From: Thermoplasmata archaeon | Lineage (GTDB): Archaea > Thermoplasmatota > Thermoplasmata > Lutacidiplasmatales > UBA184 | DNA length: 64,000 bases | Direction: 5' to 3' | Assembly: GCA_052326305.1 (NCBI GenBank) | Contig: JBKQPJ010000008.1 | Location: 28,498-92,497, forward strand | In this document: positions 28,554 to 38,853 of the stretch, one piece after another | Numbering within the stretch: position 1 is the first letter of the stretch | Layout of the letters: every line of letters starts with the position of its first letter | Made by a program: the position numbers and the translations under genes | Notes under the pieces: generated by a model | Told to the model about the DNA's origin: nothing | What the model saw: the letters and a program-made list of their open reading frames with translations, nothing else | Databases searched by the model: none

Positions 28554-28590
28554 GGGTCTGGAGACGCCCTGCCCCCTTTCGTTAGACGAA
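28554..28590 (+). repeat. Right TIR of cassette 2 plus target copy 3 (TTTCGTTAGACGAA)
   Basis: 33/37 identical to 26414-26450. Confidence 0.85.
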
Positions 28591-28702
28591 TGAGGAGATG
28601 CTCCGTCCACGAGCCAAGCCCCATGGCCGCCCAACCCCCACCCGCCTCAGAGGGCCGGGTCAGGTCGGGCCGGATTCCGGGGCAGCGTCGGCGATCCGAT
28701 CC

Positions 28703-28903
28703 CTAGTCGCTGCGGGGCTCGATCAATCGGATCCGGGTGAACCGGGGGTTCAGGTTCCCGAGCCGACTCGTGAGCCCGGCGAGGAACCTCCCCGCCGCCT
28801 GCTGCGGTGTGATGTACGTCTCGGAGGCATGGGTCTCGATGTATTCCACCTCGGGCAGTCCCGGGAACCGCACCTTCGCCGTGATCTCATAGGTCCACGT
28901 CAT
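28703..28903 (-). CDS. Small hypothetical protein
   Basis: 66-aa ORF with typical codon bias, GGAG upstream. Confidence 0.55.
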   Translation of the reverse strand: MTWTYEITAKVRFPGLPEVEYIETHASETYITPQQAAGRFLAGLTSRLGNLNPRFTRIRLIEPRSD

Positions 28904-29111
28904 CGCGCCCCGCTCCGGGGGGTGGAGAGGGGCGGGTCCATATCACTCCGAGGCCGCCGCGTTCCGCTTCCCTTGACCTCGCCCGCGGGAGCGGTCCCTC
29001 CGGCGCCGGGGCGGGGAGTTCGGTCGACCTGCCCCCGACGCCTCGGACCGGATCGGACAGAAACCGTCATCCTCCCGACACGATAGGGAGCTCCCGGCAG
29101 GTGAGCCCCCT

Positions 29112-31151
29112 TTGGCCGTCCGCAAGAGCCGTGGTCGACCGGCCCCGACGAGGAGATCTCCCGCCCGTTCGCCCTCCGCGCCGCCGGACCGGAAGGTGCC
29201 GCGGTTCTCGGTCGACCACATGGACCGCACGGTCGATCCGACCCGCGATTTCTATGCGTACGCGACGGGAACCTGGGCCCGGAAGAATCCGGTCCCTGCC
29301 GACAAATCCCGATGGGGCTCTTTCGGCGAGCTGATCGAGCGCAACTTCGGACTGCTCCGGATTATCCTGGAGGAGTCGAGATCGGACCGCCGCGCGCCGG
29401 CCGAGTCGGCGCGGCGCAAGGTCGGCGACTTCTTCGCGTCCGCCATGGACACGAAGCGACTGGACTCGCTTCGGTTCGAGCCGATCGCGGACGACCTCCG
29501 TCGGGTCGACGGGATCCGGTCGACCCGGGAGCTGGGAGAGGCGCTGGCGGACCTCCACCGCCAGGGGATCGACGGGCTGTTCGAGACGGCCGCGCTCGCC
29601 GATCGGAAGAACAGCTCGGTGTATGCCTTCTACCTCTGGCAGGGCGGGCTTTCGCTCCCCGACCGGGACTACTACCTCAAGGAGGAGTTCGCCGGTGCGC
29701 GCGCGGGATTCCTCGCCCACGTCCAGCGGATGTTCGAGCTCCTCGGGGAGCTTCCCGGGAAAGCGCGGCGGCACGCCGCCACGGTCCTCGACCTCGAGAC
29801 GGGCCTCGCGCGCGTCAGCCGGACGGCGACGGAGCAGCGGGACGCGGTCAAGAACTACCACCGGTTCGGGCCGGTCCGGCTGGCCCGGCGCCTCGCGAAC
29901 TTTCCCTGGACCGCGTATCTCGCCCGTCGCGCCGTCGGCCGCCTTCCCTACCTCGTGGTCGGGCAACCGGAGTTCTTCGATGGGATGGACGCCCTCCTCG
30001 ACGAACACGACCTCGAGTCGTGGAAGGTCTACCTCCGCTGGCATCTTCTCCACGACGCCGCCCCGTACCTTCACGCGCCCCTCGAGGCGGAGGATTTCGC
30101 CTTCTTCCGCCGAAGCCTGCTCGGCCAGCCGACGCCCGAACCGCGCTGGAAGCGCGCCGCGATCGCGATCGATCAATGCCTCGGAGAGGCGCTGGGGCGG
30201 CTCTACGTCGAGCGCCACTTCCCTCCGGAGGCCCGGGCGCGGACCGGGCAGCTCGTCGCGGACCTGCGCGAGGTGTTCCGTGACCGGCTGTCCCGCCTCG
30301 AGTGGATGACCGGCCCGACGCGGCGCCGGGCCCTCGCCAAGTTCGCGCGCTTCACGTCCAAGATCGGCCACCCCGACCGGTTCCGCGACTATCGCCCCGT
30401 GCGGATCTCCCCGACCGACCTTTTGGGGAACGTCCGGCGGGCCGGGGCGTTCGACGTCCAACGGAGGGTCGACCGGGTGGGGAAGCCCGTGGATCGGACC
30501 GAGTGGGGGATGACGCCGCCGACGGTCAACGCCTACTTCAACGCCACCCAGAACGAGATCGTGTTCCCCGCCGGCATCCTCCAGCCGCCGTTCTTCGACG
30601 TCGCGATGGACGACGCGGTGAACTACGGGGGGATCGGCGCGGTCATCGGCCACGAGATCACCCACGGATACGACGACCAGGGCCGGCGGTTCGACCCGAA
30701 CGGGAACCTGCGCGACTGGTGGAGCGGACGGGACGCGACGGCGTTCCAAGCGCGCGCCCGGAGGATCGTGAAGGAGTACGACGGGTTCGAGGCGCTGCCC
30801 GGCCGGCACGTCAACGGCTCGCTGACCCTCGGCGAGAACATCGCGGATTTCGGAGGGGTGAGCATCGCCTACGAGGCCCTCGAGCGCCGCCTCTCCAAGG
30901 AGCCGAGGCGCCGCCGGACCGTCGACGGACTGTCGCCCGAGCAGCGCTTCTTCATCGCGTGGGCGCAGATCTGGCGCGAGAACTGCCGCGCGCCCGAACG
31001 GCGGCGCCGGTTGACGGTCGACCCGCACTCGCCCGGGAGGTTCCGCGCGATCGGTCCGATCACCAACTTTCCCGAGTTCTATGCCGCGTTCGACATTCCT
31101 CCGGGGGCCCCGATGCGTCGATCCCCGGCGGCCCGGGTGACGATCTGGTAG
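29112..31151 (+). CDS. pepO: M13 family (neprilysin/PepO) metalloendopeptidase
   Basis: DFY.YA.G.W, VNAYF, FPAGILQPPFF, GHEITHGYD (HExxH), GENIAD, DPHSP. Confidence 0.96.
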   Translation: MAVRKSRGRPAPTRRSPARSPSAPPDRKVPRFSVDHMDRTVDPTRDFYAYATGTWARKNPVPADKSRWGSFGELIERNFGLLRIILEESRSDRRAPAESARRKVGDFFASAMDTKRLDSLRFEPIADDLRRVDGIRSTRELGEALADLHRQGIDGLFETAALADRKNSSVYAFYLWQGGLSLPDRDYYLKEEFAGARAGFLAHVQRMFELLGELPGKARRHAATVLDLETGLARVSRTATEQRDAVKNYHRFGPVRLARRLANFPWTAYLARRAVGRLPYLVVGQPEFFDGMDALLDEHDLESWKVYLRWHLLHDAAPYLHAPLEAEDFAFFRRSLLGQPTPEPRWKRAAIAIDQCLGEALGRLYVERHFPPEARARTGQLVADLREVFRDRLSRLEWMTGPTRRRALAKFARFTSKIGHPDRFRDYRPVRISPTDLLGNVRRAGAFDVQRRVDRVGKPVDRTEWGMTPPTVNAYFNATQNEIVFPAGILQPPFFDVAMDDAVNYGGIGAVIGHEITHGYDDQGRRFDPNGNLRDWWSGRDATAFQARARRIVKEYDGFEALPGRHVNGSLTLGENIADFGGVSIAYEALERRLSKEPRRRRTVDGLSPEQRFFIAWAQIWRENCRAPERRRRLTVDPHSPGRFRAIGPITNFPEFYAAFDIPPGAPMRRSPAARVTIW

Positions 31152-31269
31152 GCTCGAAAGGGTCCCCCGGGGGCGCCGGCGAGGGTCGAACTCGGGCCCG
31201 AGTGAGTGCCACCACCGCTCCGCCGGTGCTCTCTTAGCCGTCCGAAGCCCGCGGCTCCCGGGAACGACG

Positions 31270-31647
31270 ATGGGCGGGTCGGAGTGGCACCGTGCCGGCG
31301 TGCCCGTCGGGCCGGCGGAAGGCGCGACCCAGTGCGTCGATCTCGCGGGACTCGGCCGGATCCTCCTCGTCCGCTCGGGAGGCCATCTCTACGCGACCCA
31401 GCAGAACTGCGGCCACATGCGCATGCCCCTCTGCGATGGCAAGGTCGACGGGACGCTCCTAACGTGCCCGCTCCACAAAGCCCGTTTCGACCTCAGGACC
31501 GGCGTCCCGGTACGCGGTCCAAGGGTGCCCGGCCTATTCGCCCGGACGAAGCTCGGCCGGGGGATCCTCGCCGTGCCGACCGATCCCCTCCAGACGTTCG
31601 ACGTCGAGATGCGTCCGGACGGTCTGTATCTCCGACGCAAGGCGTAG
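31270..31647 (+). CDS. Rieske [2Fe-2S] ferredoxin
   Basis: CGH...CPLH...FDL.TG. Confidence 0.9.
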   Translation: MGGSEWHRAGVPVGPAEGATQCVDLAGLGRILLVRSGGHLYATQQNCGHMRMPLCDGKVDGTLLTCPLHKARFDLRTGVPVRGPRVPGLFARTKLGRGILAVPTDPLQTFDVEMRPDGLYLRRKA

Positions 31648-31821
31648 GAGTCGGTCGACCCCTCGATCCGGCAGGGTCCTTCCTTCGCTCCGAGGCCGAA
31701 TCGCTTCGGGCTCGCGGACCCCCCGCCAGGGCGGGGGCGGATCGCCCGAACGGATCGGTACTGTCCCGGTCCCGAGCAAGCGGGATGGCTCGCTCCTGTC
31801 GAGGGTGGGAGGCGATGGCCG

Positions 31822-32583
31822 TCAGAGCTGCGGAGCGTACGACCAGTTGAGCTCCAGATACTCGACCTTCGGGCAGGAGGTCAGATTGGCCGCGTACACC
31901 CACGTCGAGCCCCCGCTCCCCTCAAAGGTGACCCCCCCCGACGTGCCGCTCTCCTCGATCGTCCAGCTCGCGTAGCGGGAGTTCGGCGGGTCCTGGAGGA
32001 CCTCGACCCAGATCTCCGAATGGCGAGCGGAGGCCCATCTCAGGTGGACCAGGGAGTAGGGAGGGAAACCGTCCGGATATGGCTGCGCCCCCACCCCATG
32101 GGTAGGGACCCCGCCACAACCGACGATCTCCTGCCGAGAGGATCCGGTGCTCGGATAGTACCATCCGGGGAGGACGCCGACCGAGAGAAGCAGGACGACG
32201 GAGAACACGACCGCACCGGCCCCGAGCACGGTGGGGCCGACGCGCGGGTCCCTCCCGGCTCGGGGCCGGCGGCCCGGGTCCCGTGGGAGGAGTTCGCGGG
32301 TGCCCAGGGCGAGCCCGATCACGAGGAGCAGAGCCCCGGCCAGGATGGCTCCCACGGCCGGGAGGGCGGCCGGTGTGGTCGAAGAGCTCTGCTGGTACCC
32401 CGGACCGAAGTAGAGGGGAACGAGGCCACCGACCAGCACGAGGGCCCCCGACGTGGACACCAGCAACGGATTCCACCAGGCTCGAGCTCCGGTCGGCGGG
32501 GAGGCAAGAGCCTTTGTCGGTCCCGGACCGCTCGATGTCGCCGGGCTTTTCGACGGCCCCGGAGCGGGAGGTTCGCCGGTCAT
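31822..32583 (-). CDS. Hypothetical membrane protein with extracellular C-terminal domain
   Basis: Three hydrophobic helices then a Cys-containing beta-rich tail; ATG 32583 with GGGGAG upstream. Confidence 0.6.
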   Translation of the reverse strand: MTGEPPAPGPSKSPATSSGPGPTKALASPPTGARAWWNPLLVSTSGALVLVGGLVPLYFGPGYQQSSSTTPAALPAVGAILAGALLLVIGLALGTRELLPRDPGRRPRAGRDPRVGPTVLGAGAVVFSVVLLLSVGVLPGWYYPSTGSSRQEIVGCGGVPTHGVGAQPYPDGFPPYSLVHLRWASARHSEIWVEVLQDPPNSRYASWTIEESGTSGGVTFEGSGGSTWVYAANLTSCPKVEYLELNWSYAPQL

Positions 32584-32828
32584 CTCCCCGCCGATCGAGA
32601 GCCCCCGGGGGACTATACATTCCCGGTCGCATCCGCACGCGAGGTCGCTCGTCCCGGGAGGTACGTTCCGGACGGGTGCCGCCCGCGGGCAGGCCCCGGG
32701 ACACATCCCCCGAGCGACCGGCGACGCCTCGCACCCGACCCCCCGGGCGCGAGGAGCGCCGTCGACAACCGCGCCCCGCTGGATAACGTCGCACGACGAA
32801 TTCATCTGGGAGGGAGCGATGCGGGCTC

Positions 32829-33701
32829 ATGGCCGCGCGGTTCTGCTCGCACTGCGGACGCCCGGTCCCCGCGAACGCCAGCTTCTGCGCCTCGTGCGGG
32901 GCGGCCGTCGCGTCGACGTACGCCCCCCCGTACGCGCCCACGGCCCCGCCAGGGGTGGCCCCTCCGCTCTCGTTCGGGTCCCCCGCCCCATACTCGCCGT
33001 ATCCCCCTCGCTATCCGAGACCTGCCGAGACCGCTCCGGGCTCGCCCGAAAGCGACCGAAGCGCGCTCTCGAACGTGACCCTCGCCGCGATCCTCGGCCT
33101 GGTGGCGGCGGCGCTTTCCTACGTCTGGCTGTTCGCGAGCCCCGCGACGTCGCTGTTCGGCGCCAGCGCGGTCGGCTCTTCGACCTCCGTCACCCTGAGC
33201 CTCGCGGCCCTCTACTATGTCGTCGGCGTCGCGGGCGTGGGAGTGGTCATCGGGCTGCTCGAACTGTGGATCTACCGGCAGGCGTTCGCCACCCTCGCCG
33301 TCCACGATCGGAGGTTCTCCACTCCCGCGGCGCTGGTCCTGATGGCCCTTGTCGCCGTGATGATACTTGCCGTGATCGGGGCCGCCCTGGTGACGGTGCT
33401 CTACGAGGCGGTCACCTGCGCGGGGGTAGGAAACCCGATCACTTCCTCTTGCCTGAACGTCGGGACGTTGTTGGGCCTCATCCTCCTGTCCGGCGTGGTA
33501 GCGATCATCGCCTTCGTCGGCTACATCGGCCTCTTGCTGGGGATCTGGCGGCTCGGGTCGTACTTCGACGAGGATACGTTCAAGATCGGGGCGATCCTCC
33601 TCATCATCCCGCTCCTGAACTTCGTGGGACTGATCCTGATCCTCGTCGCCGCGCGCTCCGCCGCACGGAAGATCGACGGCCCTCCGGGCTACCGGTTCTG
33701 A
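32829..33701 (+). CDS. Zinc-ribbon membrane protein (DUF973/DUF996-like)
   Basis: FCSHCG.....ASFCASCG, Pro-rich linker, TM domain ending GIWRLG.YF....FKIGAILLIIP. Confidence 0.8.
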   Translation: MAARFCSHCGRPVPANASFCASCGAAVASTYAPPYAPTAPPGVAPPLSFGSPAPYSPYPPRYPRPAETAPGSPESDRSALSNVTLAAILGLVAAALSYVWLFASPATSLFGASAVGSSTSVTLSLAALYYVVGVAGVGVVIGLLELWIYRQAFATLAVHDRRFSTPAALVLMALVAVMILAVIGAALVTVLYEAVTCAGVGNPITSSCLNVGTLLGLILLSGVVAIIAFVGYIGLLLGIWRLGSYFDEDTFKIGAILLIIPLLNFVGLILILVAARSAARKIDGPPGYRF

Positions 33702-33864
33702 GTCGGAACATGGCAAAACGCCGACCTCCGCCGGTCGACGCCTCCGGCCCGCCCTGACTCTCCTCGGGCCAGAAGGTCGCAGGGCCGAGCGGCCGCCGCG
33801 CCGGGTCGCGGGGTAGCTCCGGGGAAACCCTGATGACGAAGGAGCCTCATCGGGTTCCTCCGGG

Positions 33865-35391
33865 ATGCCGGAGAGATCGGACGGGCCATCCGCTCCGGCC
33901 TCCGGGCCGTTCGACCCCCTCGGCCATCTGGCCGCGTTCGTCTCCGGCCCGGTGCCGCGCATCCTCCTCGTGAAGGGGCCGAGCGGCTCGGGCAAGAGCA
34001 TCCTCGTCCGGAGCCTGGTCGAGCGACTCACCGACTCCCTCCTCCTGATCGCCTACCGGACCGGTCCGTCGGATTCCGGACCGCCGGCCACGGCCGACGT
34101 CTCGCTGCTGCTGGTCGACCGCGGTCGGGTCTCTGGGGCCGGCGGAAATGGTCCCGACGCCCCTTCGACTCCCGGCGCCTCGGTCAACCCCCCTCGGGCG
34201 GCCTCGGCCGAGCCCCTCCCCGAGCCGATCCGGGCGGCGATCGCCCGGCTGGCGGAGACCGGCTCCGGGGTCGTCGTCATCGACGCCTGGGACCGGGCGA
34301 CCGAGGAGGCGTTCCGGTCGTTGGGGAACGGGACGGTCGACTCCGCCCACGTGACGTCGCCCATCGCGACGTTGCGGGCCCACCTCGGCCGCTTCCCTCT
34401 CCATGCCATCGTCACGGTGGCGGGGCCCGTGGACCCGGGATTCGACTCCGTCGCGGACGGCGTTCTCGAGCTCGGGACGGAGCCGCTCGACACCGCTCAG
34501 GTGCGGGTCCTGACGGTCGCCACCCTGCGCGGGGCGTCCCGGCTGGACACGCATTTCCTCTACTCCCTCGGCGGCGGACGGTTCTACACGCCGACCGGCC
34601 ATCGACCGGGGTACCTGGGCGCGGCGGGGCCCGCCGAGCCGGAGCCGGATTCCCAGGAGGGGACGTCCTGGCCCGGCTCCGTCGCTTACGCCCGCGCCTT
34701 CGGACGGTTGCGGCACCACGGGTTGACGGCGATCGAGTTCACCGAGCACACCGCGTTCCCGCTCGCCGACGTGCTGCTCCTGCCGATGGTCGCCTCGGTC
34801 GTGCGCTCCGGGGGCCGGGTGGTCTGGGTCCCGGGCGGCACGGCGACCCCGGCACGCGTCGCCGCGATGCTCGGGCGGTTCCTCCCCGAGGAGGCGATCG
34901 CGCAGAGCGTGCGGGTCCTCTCGGGGAGCTCGACCGATGCCGTGGCCCCGGCGCTCCGGCCGCTGGTACTCGTCCCCAAGCGGGCCGGCCCCGGCGCGGC
35001 GGCCCGGTCGTCCGACCCCGACCGCGTCGTCCCGCTCTTCCCCGAGGCCTACCAGTTCCTGCGCGACCGGCGGTCCGAGGGCCCCGCGATGTTCCTCCTC
35101 TCGATCGACGGCCTGAGCGCGCTTTCGACGGTCACCGGGAACGTCTACGACCCCGCGACCTTCCCCCTGATCATCTCCTCCTACGCCCGGTTGGGCCAGT
35201 TCCATGGGATCGGGTACGGCCGGCAGGACAGCCCTCTCACGAAGGCGATCCTCCCGGCGGTCGACGTCCATCTCCGGGCCCACGAGATCTACGGCCGTTC
35301 GGTCCTGGTCGGGATCCGGCCGCGCACTCCCGCGTACATCCTCGACTGGACGGAACCCGACGGGCGGTACTCGCTCGTTCCCGTCGAGTGA
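33865..35391 (+). CDS. GvpD-like two-domain KaiC-family P-loop protein
   Basis: LLVKGPSGSGKS, VVIDAWD, VADGVLEL, LRG......LYSL.GGRF; degenerate second RecA domain. Confidence 0.75.
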   Translation: MPERSDGPSAPASGPFDPLGHLAAFVSGPVPRILLVKGPSGSGKSILVRSLVERLTDSLLLIAYRTGPSDSGPPATADVSLLLVDRGRVSGAGGNGPDAPSTPGASVNPPRAASAEPLPEPIRAAIARLAETGSGVVVIDAWDRATEEAFRSLGNGTVDSAHVTSPIATLRAHLGRFPLHAIVTVAGPVDPGFDSVADGVLELGTEPLDTAQVRVLTVATLRGASRLDTHFLYSLGGGRFYTPTGHRPGYLGAAGPAEPEPDSQEGTSWPGSVAYARAFGRLRHHGLTAIEFTEHTAFPLADVLLLPMVASVVRSGGRVVWVPGGTATPARVAAMLGRFLPEEAIAQSVRVLSGSSTDAVAPALRPLVLVPKRAGPGAAARSSDPDRVVPLFPEAYQFLRDRRSEGPAMFLLSIDGLSALSTVTGNVYDPATFPLIISSYARLGQFHGIGYGRQDSPLTKAILPAVDVHLRAHEIYGRSVLVGIRPRTPAYILDWTEPDGRYSLVPVE

Positions 35392-35503
35392 CGGTCGGCC
35401 GAGCGCCCCGGACCGGGGAGAGGCGCAGCGTTCCCCACCGGGGGCCGGCCCGAGCTGTTAAGCGGTAAGGACCCCGTCGGACCCGGGCTCGTGGAAGGTT
35501 CGA

Positions 35504-36286
35504 ATGCGCGGGGCTCCCGAAGGATCGCCCGAGACGGTCGTGCCCCTCGAGGGCGCCGAGCCGCTCGCCGGCCTCGACCCCCGTGAGATGTCGAGCTTCT
35601 TCGCCCCGTTCCTCCTCCATTTCATCGCGGAGAACGTCCGCACGGGCGGGACGGTGATGCTCGCCCGGGGCCCCTCCCGGGTCGACGGGATCCTCCTGCG
35701 CCGCGACCCGGAGCGGGTCGGATCGATCTTCGCGCGCCGCCGGGACGCCGCCGTAGCGCTGTACCGGAGCCGCGGCCGGCTGTCGGTCTTCTCCGAGTTC
35801 CGGCTCGAGGACAACGCGGAGCCCTACCCCGTGTACTCGGCCGAGATGGCGGGATGGGAGATCCCCCACCGCTTCGCCCACCCCGTCCGGGCGGCCCGGG
35901 CGGCCGACGTTCCGCCGGTCCTCGAACTGATGCGCGAGGTCTACGGTCGGGTCGACGAGAGCTGGTTCCGGGCGCCCGCCGTTCCGGAGGAGCGGTGCTT
36001 CCTCGCCGAGGTCGCGGGCCGGATCGCGGGCGCGGCCTGGGTGACGGTCGTTCAGCGCCACGGCCGCCTCCACTCGCTTTCGGTGGCCCCGCGTTACCGG
36101 CGTCTCGGGATCGGCGCCGACCTCTGGCACGCCCGGATGATGTACGCCCGCGCCGCCGGGGCCCTGCGGGTCGTCACGGAGATCGCCGAGACGAACGTCG
36201 CCTCCCGCGCGATCGCCACCGCCGGAGGGATGCAGCGGATCGGCCAGGTGTTCGAGCACCGTCCGGACGACGGGGCGCGCTCCTAG
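35504..36286 (+). CDS. GNAT family N-acetyltransferase
   Basis: LSVAPRYRRLGIG motif A, N.AS. Confidence 0.85.
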   Translation: MRGAPEGSPETVVPLEGAEPLAGLDPREMSSFFAPFLLHFIAENVRTGGTVMLARGPSRVDGILLRRDPERVGSIFARRRDAAVALYRSRGRLSVFSEFRLEDNAEPYPVYSAEMAGWEIPHRFAHPVRAARAADVPPVLELMREVYGRVDESWFRAPAVPEERCFLAEVAGRIAGAAWVTVVQRHGRLHSLSVAPRYRRLGIGADLWHARMMYARAAGALRVVTEIAETNVASRAIATAGGMQRIGQVFEHRPDDGARS

Positions 36287-37332
36287 GTCCGGGGCGCCCC
36301 GCACTTCGGGCAGGCCGTCGCGGTCGTGTCGATCAGCGTGCCGCAGTAGCGGCAGTTGACCTTCACCGTCTCCCGCATCACGATCTGCTGGACGGCCGGC
36401 TCGCCCGACGGGATCAGGCCGATCGGCGGAGGCGGCGGCCCGGCCGGCCCCGCGCCCGGGAAGTAGTTGACCCGGCCCCCGGCCGAGTGCTGGGGTAGCG
36501 TCGTTCGCCGCCGGGACCGCAGGTACAGGGAGATCACGACGACCACGACAAGCACGCCGAGGAGGATCAGGCCGAGGAGGAGAAGGGGGGAGGGTCCGGT
36601 CGAGGAGGCGGGGGGAGCGGCCGCCGGCGTCAGCGGGTAGCTCGTGTGGGTGACGGTCAGCTCGTCCGTCCAGGTGAACCCGTCGCCCGCGAGGTCCCGG
36701 TCCTGCTCGGTGTAGACGTAGCCGACGATGTACCCCGTCGCGGGGTCGAAGTACGCCGTCCAGGTGTACTTGGCCGTGAAGATGCCGTAGGAGTCGTCCC
36801 GGCCGAACGCCCCGGTCCCGAGGGCGGAGATCGTCGCGACGTAGCCCGTCCGGCTCGAGGAGAGCGGGAAGCTCGCGTCCCGTGAGGTGACGTTGAGCTC
36901 CGTGTCGAGCAGGTAGAACGAGCTACCGACGCCGGTCGCGTTGTTGATGTAGTACCAGACGAACGGGGCGGTGTAGTTGTACTGCCCGTCCGTCCCGGAT
37001 ACGTAGTTCAGGTACTGGAACGACGACGCGGAGAAGTTGTAATCCCCGTTCGTAGGGGACCGCAAGACCTCCGAGCCCCCTTGGTTGTTCACCCAGTGGT
37101 CGGTGAAGTTGTCGTAGGCCGACGTCACGTCGCCCGCCCGGGCGGTCACGTTCTCGGTCCCGTTGATCCACTGGTGCTCGGTGTACCCGCTGTAGTTCCC
37201 GACCCCGTTGTCGAGGACGACCGTCTCGCGGTAGGTGAACCCGTCGCCGGCGGTGGGAAGGTAGTGCGGCCCCGTGACCAAGGCCGGCGCCGCGACGAGG
37301 AGAATGGCGAGGAGCGCGAGCTTCGGGATCAT
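36283..37332 (-). CDS. Secreted/membrane-anchored protein with cytoplasmic zinc ribbon
   Basis: Signal peptide MIPKLALLAILLVAAP, N/Y/T-rich ectodomain, TM helix, CRYCG...CPKCG. Confidence 0.8.
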   Translation of the reverse strand: MIPKLALLAILLVAAPALVTGPHYLPTAGDGFTYRETVVLDNGVGNYSGYTEHQWINGTENVTARAGDVTSAYDNFTDHWVNNQGGSEVLRSPTNGDYNFSASSFQYLNYVSGTDGQYNYTAPFVWYYINNATGVGSSFYLLDTELNVTSRDASFPLSSSRTGYVATISALGTGAFGRDDSYGIFTAKYTWTAYFDPATGYIVGYVYTEQDRDLAGDGFTWTDELTVTHTSYPLTPAAAPPASSTGPSPLLLLGLILLGVLVVVVVISLYLRSRRRTTLPQHSAGGRVNYFPGAGPAGPPPPPIGLIPSGEPAVQQIVMRETVKVNCRYCGTLIDTTATACPKCGAPRT

Positions 37333-38852
37333 CCGACGGACCCGCCAAAGCCGTGGGCGTGGCCCGGGTGCGCGCCGCCGAGGCCGCTGTAGGTCGAGTA
37401 GTACGAGCCGTGCAGCACGATGATCGGGACGAAGAAGAACCGCTGGGTCGGCAGGTAGGTGAACCCGGCCGGCGCCTTCGCCGCGGCGGCGGTCGAGTCG
37501 AGGCCCCGGACCGTCTCGGTGCGGATGCCGTGGACCATGCGGACCGCGAGGCAGATCAGCTCGGCCTGGGTCATCGGCATCGCCCGCCGTCCGATGATCT
37601 CGTAGGCGTGCTCGAGGAGGTTCAGGGTCTCGTTCGCCTCGAGCACCGGGATCGAGGCGAGGATCGCCGAGGCGACCAGCGGATACTCGAGGTACTGGAT
37701 CAGCCCCCGGGAGAGGATCGTGAGCTTGGTCGAGATGCCGTCCGCCGGCAGGTCGGAGAGAGTAAGGTAGCTCGAGGCGAGCTCGACGTCCTCGGACGGC
37801 TGGTATCCCCACGACTGGAAGAGCGCGCGCAGCTGGCCGAACTTCCCGGCGACCTCCTCGAACGGACGGTTCAGGATCGCGAGGAGCCCCGCCGACTCGT
37901 AGGAGGGGGTGAGCCGCAGGAAGTTGGCGAGCTCGGGGAGGGCGAACGAGCCGTCCTGGCGCTGGCCCAAGAGGACGATCGAGGCGACGCCGAGCGAGGA
38001 CTCCTTCGGGACCCCCGCCTTGCGCACGCTGACCTCGAGCTGGCCGAGCATCGGAACGGTCTCCGCGGGCGGCCGGGGAAGGGCCGAGAGGATCTCGGCC
38101 GACAGTAGACGGTTCTCGTCGTTGTGGGCGAGGCCGCCGATCGCCCCGTAGGCGGAAAGGAACGCCCCTGTGCCCTGCGCCACGTCGGCCTGCGTCTTCG
38201 ACAGGCCGACGGCGATCGCCCAGAGGTACGATCGGTCGGAGCTCGGGAGCCGTCCGTAGAGCTGAGCGAAGTAGGAGGCGCTGCGCGAGCCGATGTCGTT
38301 CAGCTCGTGGTCGACCTGCTGGACCTCCTGCCAGTACGCGCCGAAATCGACGTCCGAGGTGCGGTAGAGGCGGAGCCCGAGGTCCCGCCACTGCATCGCG
38401 CCGAACCCGGTGAGGCCGACGTACCCGCCCCCGTACGGCGTGAGGGAATCCATCACCGAGCGCTGGGCCAGAAGGGCCTCGAACTGCTGCTGCCGGGCGA
38501 CGAGGTCCCCGTCGAGGGATCTCAGGGCCGCCGCATCCTTCGCCTCCTGGGCGACCTCCGTCTCCCGGCGGGCCTGGCCCTCGAAGTGGAACAGGATCGA
38601 GTGCGTGCGGGCGTCCTCGGCCCGGACCTGGGAGGCGAGCCGGTAGCGGTCGGAGGCCTCCTGGCCGATCGCACTGCGCCGGGCGTCGAGCGTCCCGAGG
38701 TCCTGCGCCAGCTGCGTGTACTGGGCCGAAGTCACGACCTGGACGATCCCGAGCTGGCCCAGGTTCGCGAGGTCGGCGTCGGGCAATGCGGCGGTCGCGG
38801 TGCGGTGGCGGACCCCGTCGAGGAACGCGTACACGTCCTTGCAGCTCGTCAC
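37329..38852 (-). CDS. Hypothetical alpha-helical protein (coiled coil + helical repeats; possibly DUF4003-like)
   Basis: 507-aa ORF from GTG 38852, translationally coupled on both sides. Confidence 0.7.
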   Translation of the reverse strand: MTSCKDVYAFLDGVRHRTATAALPDADLANLGQLGIVQVVTSAQYTQLAQDLGTLDARRSAIGQEASDRYRLASQVRAEDARTHSILFHFEGQARRETEVAQEAKDAAALRSLDGDLVARQQQFEALLAQRSVMDSLTPYGGGYVGLTGFGAMQWRDLGLRLYRTSDVDFGAYWQEVQQVDHELNDIGSRSASYFAQLYGRLPSSDRSYLWAIAVGLSKTQADVAQGTGAFLSAYGAIGGLAHNDENRLLSAEILSALPRPPAETVPMLGQLEVSVRKAGVPKESSLGVASIVLLGQRQDGSFALPELANFLRLTPSYESAGLLAILNRPFEEVAGKFGQLRALFQSWGYQPSEDVELASSYLTLSDLPADGISTKLTILSRGLIQYLEYPLVASAILASIPVLEANETLNLLEHAYEIIGRRAMPMTQAELICLAVRMVHGIRTETVRGLDSTAAAAKAPAGFTYLPTQRFFFVPIIVLHGSYYSTYSGLGGAHPGHAHGFGGSVG

Positions 38853-38853
38853 G

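Larger units (their letters stand above)
26452..28576. mobile_element. Putative non-autonomous TIR-bounded cassette 2 (ABC exporter cargo)
   Basis: 23-bp inverted termini at 26452-26474 and 28554-28576, flanked by direct target copies. Confidence 0.65.

Noticed and set aside
24046..28590. CRISPR array interpretation of the three palindromic cores
   Set aside because: Spacing exceeds 2 kb, the cores are flanked by TIRs, and there are no cas genes in the window.
33865..35391. Gas vesicle gene cluster
   Set aside because: Only a GvpD-like P-loop protein is present; no gvpA or other structural genes.
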